The notes beneath the pieces were generated by a model, which was not told the DNA's origin, did no database searches, and saw nothing but the letters and a program-made list of their open reading frames with translations. From positions 270,001 to 302,000 of the forward strand of contig OW818675.1 in assembly GCA_942493095.1 (NCBI GenBank): a DNA stretch of 32,000 nucleotides. The letters run 5' to 3'. The translations under genes and the position numbers were made by a program. The stretch comes from Candidatus Electronema halotolerans (GTDB taxonomy: Bacteria; Desulfobacterota; Desulfobulbia; Desulfobulbales; Desulfobulbaceae). Below are positions 1 to 6,110 of the stretch, one piece after another. Within the stretch, counting starts at the first letter, position 1, and each line of letters starts with the position of its first letter.

Positions 1-64
1 TGAGCAAGGCCAGAGAGCTGCGGCAAGCGAACTGCGGCAATTTTTGGCATGACATCTTGTTTGT

Positions 65-865
65 TCATCCGCTTGAACGTTGACTTGCATCGGCAAAATT
101 CCGCACACAGCCTGCGTCATTCAACTGCAAGATGATTTCCACACATCCATGTCTGACTTCAAGATAAGAAAGCAGCGTGTAAATAATTCCAACCACGCCA
201 AGCATTTCAAGCAACTCTTCGCTGGTGTACAGGAGGCAGTAGATTGCAGAATCATAGCCGTGCAGCTCTGCTTCTCTGCCGCCAAGCATGTCAAAAACAA
301 CAGCTCCGATTAAATAGACAGCACCAGAAAGCATGAACAGCCTTGCTGTTCGTGCAGGCAGACCAAGAACAAATTTGATGTGGAGCAGAACAAAAAGAAC
401 TGTCAATAAAATGTAGGGAAGAACCCAAGGGAAATACAGTAAGCCAGTCGCGTGCATATAGCCTGACACAACATCTCCTGCTGCCTCATGCAGTTCAAAG
501 GCCTCATCTGCTGACAAGAAGAGGAAGGTGAGAAAGAGGCCAAACCAATACATGCTGTTGCGGCTGTCTGTTTTTCGTTCCAAACCTGCCAGAAGAAAAG
601 AGAGCAGAGAACAGATCAAAATGGCGGCGGCGGAATACAATGAAGGAATGTTTCTTTCGATATCTAAATCAAACCATAAAGTGAAATCGAGCACATTCGG
701 ATTGTCAGAGTGGAAAAATAAAAAAAGAGCGAGGCAATGGAGCAGTGTCAACAGGATGACCGTCAGCAGAAAAAGGAAGGCGGTCTTTTTGGCCTTGATC
801 GTTATCTGCACGATCTCTGTCAGTCTGCTGTCCCGCCCAACAAGAGCGCGGGACAGTCCTTGCAA
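65..865 (-). CDS. hypothetical multi-pass membrane protein
   Basis: 266-aa ORF with several hydrophobic segments (FLFLLTVILLTLLHCLALFLFF, SLYSAAAILICSLLSFLLAGL, ILLTVLFVLLHI). No family recognised. Confidence 0.7.
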   Translation of the reverse strand: MQGLSRALVGRDSRLTEIVQITIKAKKTAFLFLLTVILLTLLHCLALFLFFHSDNPNVLDFTLWFDLDIERNIPSLYSAAAILICSLLSFLLAGLERKTDSRNSMYWFGLFLTFLFLSADEAFELHEAAGDVVSGYMHATGLLYFPWVLPYILLTVLFVLLHIKFVLGLPARTARLFMLSGAVYLIGAVVFDMLGGREAELHGYDSAIYCLLYTSEELLEMLGVVGIIYTLLSYLEVRHGCVEIILQLNDAGCVRNFADASQRSSG

Positions 866-872
866 AAAGGCT

Positions 873-1454
873 TCACTTTCTGCCTTTTGAGCCTTTCTCT
901 TTCTTAGAACCCTTTTTCCACTTTGACCCTTTCTTCTTCGAGCCTTTGTTCCAATCTCCCCTCTCTCTCCAGCTTAGAGCATAGTGCCAGATAACAGCAG
1001 GAACATCTTGCCGCAGCACAATAAACCGTTTTGAGCCGGGTTTAATGCCCAAGGACAGAACAACAGCTCCCCAGCCTTTTCCTTTGTGCTGCCTGAAATG
1101 ATGAATGATTTTTTGGTACGGCTTTCCGCTCAGTCTGACAATCTGAAAGACCATGAAGATATCTGCTGGCTGCATTCTCTCCTTGGCAAACAGCAGGATG
1201 ACCTTTTCTCTGGGAACATGGAACGCCGTGCTGATATCGCCAATATATTGCTCAACGCTTCCCGCAGCGGTTCTGTTGACTTCAATCAAAAAACTGTCAA
1301 AGTCCCGGTCGCCGGTATGAGGCAGATATTGAGGATTGAGCTGGAATATCATGCCGCTGGCCGCTGGCGGCTGCTGGCGGGGAAAATCTTTTCCTTGGAC
1401 GGAATATGCGCCCAAAAGACTGATCAGCAGAATGCTGACAGCAATTTTTTTCAT
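873..1454 (-). CDS. hypothetical secreted protein with a Lys/Gly/Ser repeat tail
   Basis: N-terminal signal peptide (MKKIAVSILLISLLGAYSVQG); upstream rho-type SD (ggaggc on the minus strand); C-terminus KGSKKKGSKWKKGSKKEKGSKGRK. Confidence 0.75.
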   Translation of the reverse strand: MKKIAVSILLISLLGAYSVQGKDFPRQQPPAASGMIFQLNPQYLPHTGDRDFDSFLIEVNRTAAGSVEQYIGDISTAFHVPREKVILLFAKERMQPADIFMVFQIVRLSGKPYQKIIHHFRQHKGKGWGAVVLSLGIKPGSKRFIVLRQDVPAVIWHYALSWRERGDWNKGSKKKGSKWKKGSKKEKGSKGRK

Positions 1455-1499
1455 CTGTAGGCCTCCTTTTGCTTGCTTGAAAATGCACGTTGTTCACAG

Positions 1500-1528
1500 A
1501 ACTTATCTGTCTGACAGCAAGCTGTCAA
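1500..1528 (-). promoter_or_regulatory. putative sigma70 promoter for the 873..1454 gene with an overlapping palindrome
   Basis: Minus strand TTGACA (1523-1528), 17-nt spacer, TAAGTT (1500-1505). The inverted repeat TGACAGC-AA-GCTGTCA (1512-1527) overlaps the -35. Confidence 0.5.
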
Positions 1529-1584
1529 CAGCAATTTTTTCTTTCACGCCATCCAAGAAAGGATGCCGACAGACTTGCCCTGTC

Positions 1585-1620
1585 CTGCCTTGGAAAAAAA
1601 AGCACACTGCCTTGGAAAAA
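1585..1620 (+). repeat. two 14-nt direct repeats CTGCCTTGGAAAAA, 22 bp apart
   Basis: Copies at 1585-1598 and 1607-1620, immediately upstream of regulatory box A. Confidence 0.7.
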
Positions 1621-1629
1621 CATCATTTT

Positions 1630-1662
1630 TTCATCTTTCTTTCATCTTGCACCGGGTAAGCT
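1630..1662 (+). promoter_or_regulatory. regulatory box A (TTCATC-N5-TTCATC-N10-TAAGCT)
   Basis: TTCATC 1630-1635, TTCATC 1641-1646, -10-like TAAGCT 1657-1662; spacing identical to four other sites. Confidence 0.6.
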
Positions 1663-1733
1663 GGAAATGTAAGGAGACGGCGCAGGCATTGATCCTGCCC
1701 GAAAAACAGCAGTCTGAACAGGAGGGACTGGTC

Positions 1734-1973
1734 ATGAAAACAAAAATATTCGCAGGACTGATCAGCAGTGTTTTGCTGGCCTGTCTGTGGCTGGAGCGGT
1801 CAGCGATTGCAACTGCGGCAGGTTGTGCAGAGGCGCCTGCTGCTCCCCCCGCAGCGCAGCAGGCGGACGCAGTTCTGCGCATCATGAGCAGCACGAACAG
1901 TTCCGCGTTGGAAGATGAGGTGCCGGTTCTCCTGCTCAACTTGAGCTTGGACAAGGAGCTGCCGGGAAAATGA
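1734..1973 (+). CDS. small secreted protein, hypothetical
   Basis: ATG at 1734 after AGGAGG-like SD (aggaggga). MKTKIFAGLISSVLLACLWLERSAIATAAG signal peptide. The track ORF 1563..1973 is longer at the 5' end. Confidence 0.65.
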   Translation: MKTKIFAGLISSVLLACLWLERSAIATAAGCAEAPAAPPAAQQADAVLRIMSSTNSSALEDEVPVLLLNLSLDKELPGK

Positions 1974-1999
1974 CTCGGCAAGCAAAAAAAAGATTATCT

Positions 2000-2032
2000 T
2001 TCATCTTTCGTTCATCTTCAGTCTGGTATCTT
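2000..2032 (+). promoter_or_regulatory. regulatory box B (TTCATC-N5-TTCATC-N10-TATCTT)
   Basis: TTCATC 2000-2005, TTCATC 2011-2016, TATCTT 2027-2032. Confidence 0.7.
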
Positions 2033-2111
2033 GAAAGTATAAGCATGAGGCACAAAGACTGGACCTCTCTGATGACAAACACGGCAACAACAGGATAGAG
2101 GAGATTTGGTT

Positions 2112-2423
2112 ATGAAAAGAATGATTGCTGGACTTATCGGCGGCGTTTTCTTTGCAGGACTGTTCTTGGGCAATGCGGCAGCCAGCGGCGATGATCGCTA
2201 CGAATACGGTGAATACGGCGAGCATGGCCGGTATTACAATCCCTACGGCAACGGCTACTACAACAACGGTTACAGGAATCACGAGATGTACGAGTATGGC
2301 AATCCGTACCGTTATCAGCCTGTCATGCCCAGTGTTTATGTCAATCCGTATTACAACAACAGCTCTTATGGCAACGGCTACAGAAACCATGAGGCCTATG
2401 AGTACGGCGGCTACCGCAGATGA
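2112..2423 (+). CDS. small secreted Tyr/Asn/Gly-rich repeat protein
   Basis: Signal peptide MKRMIAGLIGGVFFAGLFLGNAAA; repeats GYRNHEMYEYGNPYRYQP and GYRNHEAYEYG; paralog at 2699..3046. Confidence 0.75.
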   Translation: MKRMIAGLIGGVFFAGLFLGNAAASGDDRYEYGEYGEHGRYYNPYGNGYYNNGYRNHEMYEYGNPYRYQPVMPSVYVNPYYNNSSYGNGYRNHEAYEYGGYRR

Positions 2424-2453
2424 GATGATTCAGCGGATAAAAAAACATCATTT

Positions 2454-2486
2454 TTCATCTGCTGTTCATCTTGAGTTTGGTATCTT
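2454..2486 (+). promoter_or_regulatory. regulatory box C (TTCATC-N5-TTCATC-N10-TATCTT)
   Basis: TTCATC 2454-2459, TTCATC 2465-2470, TATCTT 2481-2486; about 80 bp upstream of the fossil ORF at 2564. Confidence 0.7.
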
Positions 2487-2563
2487 GAAAGTATGAGGAA
2501 CGGGGCGCAAGGGGCTGCGCTCCAAGACTGACAACAGGTCACGACGAAAAAGGAGGTTTGACC

Positions 2564-2602
2564 ATGAAGAAGTTGATTGCAGGATTGATCGGCGGCGTTT
2601 GA
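2564..2602 (+). pseudogene. remnant of a third repeat-protein paralog (MKKLIAGLIGGV*)
   Basis: Good SD (aaggagg) and ATG; 12 codons match the start of the 2112 gene (MKRMIAGLIGGV), then TGA. Confidence 0.6.
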
Positions 2603-2611
2603 AGTCCTAAA

Positions 2612-2644
2612 TTAATCTTCTGTTAATCTTTTCTTTGCTATCTT
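2612..2644 (+). promoter_or_regulatory. regulatory box D (TTAATC-N5-TTAATC-N10-TATCTT)
   Basis: TTAATC 2612-2617, TTAATC 2623-2628, TATCTT 2639-2644. Confidence 0.65.
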
Positions 2645-2698
2645 GTTATAAACAAAAGCAATTCGCTCTCACCCAAACCCAAAATAGGAGGCTTACTC

Positions 2699-3046
2699 GT
2701 GAAAAAGACAACAGCAGCTATAACCTTGGTTGGCTCGTTCCTCGTACTGGCACTCTTCGCGACTGCCCACGGCAGCGGATACGGCAGCGGATACGGGGGT
2801 GGCTATGGATACGGCAGCCGCTATTATAATCCCTACTATAACAACGGCTATTACAACAACGGCTACAGAAACCATGAGGCGTATGAGTATGGCAATCCGT
2901 ACCGTTATCAGCCGACCGTGCCCAGCGGTTATGCCAATCCGTATTACAATAACTACAATAGTGGTTATTATGGCAACGGCTACTACAACAATGGCTACGG
3001 AAACCATGAGGCTTATGAGTACGGCAACGGCGGCTACCGCAGGTAA
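2699..3046 (+). CDS. small secreted Gly/Tyr/Asn-rich repeat protein, paralog of 2112..2423
   Basis: GTG start with upstream taggagg SD; signal peptide MKKTTAAITLVGSFLVLALFATAHG; C-terminal GNHEAYEYGNGGYRR similar to EAYEYGGYRR of the 2112 gene. Confidence 0.75.
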   Translation: MKKTTAAITLVGSFLVLALFATAHGSGYGSGYGGGYGYGSRYYNPYYNNGYYNNGYRNHEAYEYGNPYRYQPTVPSGYANPYYNNYNSGYYGNGYYNNGYGNHEAYEYGNGGYRR

Positions 3047-3117
3047 AAGCGGGCCTGCCGCCTGAGCGAAAGGCGGCGCCATCCCGGCGCAAGTGCCACA
3101 AGCTGGGATAAAAATAT

Positions 3118-3159
3118 GGGTGGTCAGCATAATCATATTGATTTTGGCCACCCTTTTTT
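3118..3159 (+). terminator. putative rho-independent terminator after the 2699 gene
   Basis: GGGTGG (3118-3123) pairs with CCACCC (3148-3153), inner AATCA/TGATT pairing, followed by TTTTTT. Confidence 0.55.
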
Positions 3160-3172
3160 GTAAAAGTAAAAA

Positions 3173-3194
3173 GAAATGAAATTGATTTCATTTC
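3173..3194. repeat. 22-bp inverted repeat GAAATGAAAT-TG-ATTTCATTTC in the leader of the 3221 gene
   Basis: Perfect 10-bp arms, 2-nt centre, about 15 nt before the SD. Confidence 0.65.
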
Positions 3195-3220
3195 GTTGCA
3201 AGAAAAAAAGGAGGAACCCA

Positions 3221-3535
3221 TTGAAACACGTATTGCTTCTGCTGCCGTTATGTGCGATGCTGCTTGTAGGGACGGCGCGGGCTGATTCGGATGAGCACAG
3301 AGGATATGCCAGCGCAAAATTCTATGGCATCATTGATGCTTTGCCCGAAAACAACAGCATCTTCGGCACATGGCTGATCAACGGCAGGCAGGTTGCGGTC
3401 ACTCGCGGCACGGAGATTGAACAGAAACGCGGCAGAATTGCTCCAGGTGTGTATGTCAAAGTGGAAGGATATCATTCCGGGAGCGTCTTTGTCGCCGAAG
3501 AGATTGAGGTGAAGCGGGAAAAAAGGCGGTCATGA
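3221..3535 (+). CDS. DUF5666-like secreted protein, one domain
   Basis: TTG start preceded by aaaggagg SD; signal peptide KHVLLLLPLCAMLLVGTARA; domain FYGIIDALPENNSIFGTWLINGRQVAVTRGTEIEQKRGRIAPGVYVKVEG. The track ORF 3176..3535 starts inside the palindrome. Confidence 0.75.
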   Translation: MKHVLLLLPLCAMLLVGTARADSDEHRGYASAKFYGIIDALPENNSIFGTWLINGRQVAVTRGTEIEQKRGRIAPGVYVKVEGYHSGSVFVAEEIEVKREKRRS

Positions 3536-3547
3536 AACATCTTGTTT

Positions 3548-3580
3548 TTCATCGCCATTCCATCCAGTATCTGATAAAAT
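3548..3580 (+). promoter_or_regulatory. regulatory box E (TTCATC-N5-TCCATC-N10-TAAAAT)
   Basis: TTCATC 3548-3553, TCCATC 3559-3564, TAAAAT 3575-3580. Confidence 0.6.
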
Positions 3581-3638
3581 CATGCGGCAAACCGCATAGC
3601 AATAATTGGACCATGCCGTCCAAAAAGGAGAAGACATC

Positions 3639-4301
3639 ATGAAACGCGCATTCCTTTCCCTGACAGCAGCTCTTGGAGTCTTGGCTTTATTCGCAGTTTC
3701 CGCCCAAGCCAGCCCGGGTGAATATTATGAACGCGGCAGAGGGTATTATGGCAGTGGATATTACGGTGGTGGCGGAGGATATTACGGGGCAAGCAAGTTC
3801 TACGGCACAGTGGAAGCCATGCCGCCTGCCGGTTTTGCAGGGATATGGCAGATCAACGGACGGGATGTGGTGGTCAATCAGCGCACCTTCATCAAGGAGG
3901 AATATGGCAGAATTGGTGTTGGGGCGTATGTTGAAGTGAAAGGCGGCGGCAATCCTTTCATGGCCTATGAGCTTGAAGTGAAACGCGGCGGAATGCCGGC
4001 TCCGCCTCCTCCAGCAATGGGCGGCGGGATGAATCTCTCCGGCTCTGCGGGAGTCATGCCGCCTTCCGGGTCTGTCGGCACTCCTCCTCCAGCAATGGCT
4101 GGGGTGAATTTCACCGGTCCGGTGGAGTCGCTGCCTCCGACTGGTTTTTTTGGCACGTGGCGAATCGGCGGGCGTGATGTGATTGTCAATAATGGCACCC
4201 GCATCAAGCAGGAGAACGGCCCAATCAGCGCGGGCAGCAATGTTGATGTTAAGGGCGGCGGCAATCCCTTTGTCGCTTATGAAATCGAAAGCAAACCCTG
4301 A
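3639..4301 (+). CDS. secreted protein with two tandem DUF5666-like domains
   Basis: ATG at 3639 after aaaaaggag SD; signal peptide; FYGTVEAMPPAGFAGIWQINGRDVVV and FTGPVESLPPTGFFGTWRIGGRDVIV repeats joined by a Pro/Gly-rich linker. Confidence 0.8.
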   Translation: MKRAFLSLTAALGVLALFAVSAQASPGEYYERGRGYYGSGYYGGGGGYYGASKFYGTVEAMPPAGFAGIWQINGRDVVVNQRTFIKEEYGRIGVGAYVEVKGGGNPFMAYELEVKRGGMPAPPPPAMGGGMNLSGSAGVMPPSGSVGTPPPAMAGVNFTGPVESLPPTGFFGTWRIGGRDVIVNNGTRIKQENGPISAGSNVDVKGGGNPFVAYEIESKP

Positions 4302-4376
4302 TTATTCACCTGCCGGGGCGGCGCAGCACGGTCTCCCCGGCAGTTCCAGCAGCAGCTTTCCGCAGGCAGTCTCATC

Positions 4377-4718
4377 ATGAACAGCAGCAATCTCCGCAGC
4401 ATCTTTGTCCTGCTGGCCGCTCTCTCCTTCCTCTGCGCAGGTGCTGCGCAGGCGGAGGAGCGGGAGCGTCCGCATTTCTACCAGCCAGGCGCAGGCTATG
4501 AGAAGGAGCCGACCTACACCTTTACCGGCGTGATCCGCAAGCTGCCGGAAAAAGGCAAGGTCGGCATCTGGGTTATTGACGACCGTCTGATCGTTGTCAC
4601 TTCCATGAGCCAGATTCACGGCACGGCGGCGGTCGGTGCCAGCGTCACGGTCAAAGGGGTGCTGCAAGACACTGATTTTCTTGCTCTCACCATTGAAGTT
4701 GCGGCCAGCAAGGACTGA
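4377..4718 (+). CDS. secreted DUF5666-like protein, one domain
   Basis: Signal peptide; TFTGVIRKLPEKGKVGIWVIDDRLIVVT...GASVTVKG. Confidence 0.75.
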   Translation: MNSSNLRSIFVLLAALSFLCAGAAQAEERERPHFYQPGAGYEKEPTYTFTGVIRKLPEKGKVGIWVIDDRLIVVTSMSQIHGTAAVGASVTVKGVLQDTDFLALTIEVAASKD

Positions 4719-4840
4719 GCAGCTTTTACTCAAACTGCTCTGCGCAGAGCAGGCAAATTGTGCAATCGGCGGATGCTGCGATTGTTTTGTTGTCGTCATG
4801 CCTTCAAATTCTCTCACAAAAAAACAAGGAGGAGTAAAAA

Positions 4841-5434
4841 ATGAGTGCCACCGCACCTGAAACCGCCCCGCTGGGCACACCGGTCCGCTTCTGGCATTTG
4901 GCCATGATTGTCTTGGTGCTTGCCGCACTGTTCACTGGCGAGGGAGCTGATGACTATAAAAAAGTGGAACATGCCGGATTCCTTCTCCACGGCAGGGTCG
5001 GCCTGTCTGTGTTCACCGCGCTCTGCCTGTATTTTTTGTACGGTCTGATCGGGCCGCAAGGACACCGACTTTCCAGCTGGTTTCCCTTCACAGGAGCACG
5101 GCTGCGGCAGACTGGCAAGGATCTGGCCGTGCTGACCCGCTTCAAGCTGCCGGAACACAATCGGCGGCAGGGCCTGGCTGGCTTGGTGCAGTTTTTCGGC
5201 CTGCTGGTTTTTTCCTGGCTTGCAGTCACTGGCAGTCTGATGTATTTTTTTATGGAGCGGGGTGCCAAGGCGCAGGGCCTCATGCACGCGGTCAAAGAGG
5301 CGCATGAAGCCGGGACCGTGCTGATTTTCGTCTATTTAGCCCTGCATGTCGGGGCCGTGATCGCGCACTCGCTGACCGGGCATCACGTCTGGCAGGACAT
5401 TTTCTTCCTGAAAAAGGAGCCAGGGGAATCTTGA
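4841..5434 (+). CDS. b-type cytochrome (cytochrome b561/Ni-hydrogenase b-subunit type)
   Basis: Four-helix protein of 197 aa with conserved His in VRFWH, LLHGRVG, HEAG and ALHVGAVIAH. SD aaggagg. Confidence 0.8.
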   Translation: MSATAPETAPLGTPVRFWHLAMIVLVLAALFTGEGADDYKKVEHAGFLLHGRVGLSVFTALCLYFLYGLIGPQGHRLSSWFPFTGARLRQTGKDLAVLTRFKLPEHNRRQGLAGLVQFFGLLVFSWLAVTGSLMYFFMERGAKAQGLMHAVKEAHEAGTVLIFVYLALHVGAVIAHSLTGHHVWQDIFFLKKEPGES

Positions 5435-5435
5435 A

Positions 5436-6110
5436 ATGAAAATTCTGGTGGTTGAGGATGAGAGGCGGCTGACGGCTCTGCTCAAAAAAGGTCTGGAGGA
5501 AAACGCCTTTGTCGTCGATGTCTGTTATGACGGCGCGGAAGGACTGTACTTAGTCGAAACCTCGCCTTATGATGCGGTGGTGCTGGATGTCATGATGCCC
5601 AAGATGGACGGCTTCACCATGCTGCGCCGGATGCGGGAGCAGGGCCTTGAAACGCCGGTCATCATGCTCACTGCCAGAGGCGAGGTGGATAACCGGATCA
5701 AAGGGCTGAACACCGGCGCGGATGACTATCTGCCCAAGCCCTTTGATTTTGCTGAACTGCTTGCCCGGCTGACTGCAATTATCCGGCGGAACAAGGGCCA
5801 GTCCGCCTCGCAGGTGTGCATTGCTGATCTGTACATGGATATAAATTCCAAAACCGTGGCCAGAAGCGGGGTTGACATTCCGCTCACCGCCAAGGAGTAT
5901 GCGATTCTCGAATATCTCGCCCTGAACAAAGGCCGGGTGGTCAGCCGGACGGAATTCTCCGAGCATATTTATGATATGAATTTCGACTTGGACAGCAACA
6001 TCATTGATGTCTATATCAACCGCCTGCGCAATAAAATTGACAAAGGCCATGCCTGCCCCCTGATTCACACCAAACGGGGCGAGGGCTACATTTTGAGCGA
6101 GGAGCTGTGA
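5436..6110 (+). CDS. OmpR-family two-component response regulator (QseB/PmrA-like)
   Basis: Receiver motifs VVEDE, VVLDVMMPKMDG, MLTAR, PKPF; C-terminal winged helix domain (LTAKEYAILEYLALNKGRVVSRTEF...VDVYINRLRNKID-type). Confidence 0.93.
   Translation: MKILVVEDERRLTALLKKGLEENAFVVDVCYDGAEGLYLVETSPYDAVVLDVMMPKMDGFTMLRRMREQGLETPVIMLTARGEVDNRIKGLNTGADDYLPKPFDFAELLARLTAIIRRNKGQSASQVCIADLYMDINSKTVARSGVDIPLTAKEYAILEYLALNKGRVVSRTEFSEHIYDMNFDLDSNIIDVYINRLRNKIDKGHACPLIHTKRGEGYILSEEL

Larger units (their letters stand above)
2268..3025 (+). repeat. four copies of a 33-nt coding repeat GGCTACAGAAACCATGAGGCNTATGAGTAYGGC (peptide GYxNHExYEYG)
   Basis: Copies at 2268-2300, 2376-2408, 2861-2893 and 2993-3025, in two paralogous genes. 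Confidence 0.75.

Noticed and set aside
2001-2390. 129-aa and 152-aa (2693..3151) Val/Ile-rich minus-strand ORFs opposite the repeat proteins
   Set aside because: They arise from the reverse complement of Tyr/Asn codon repeats (GTTGTTGTAGTA-type), giving apparent hydrophobic repeats; no SD or independent evidence.
2268-3025. CRISPR array at the repeated 33-nt units
   Set aside because: Only four imperfect copies at irregular spacing, all in frame inside secreted protein genes, with no cas genes.
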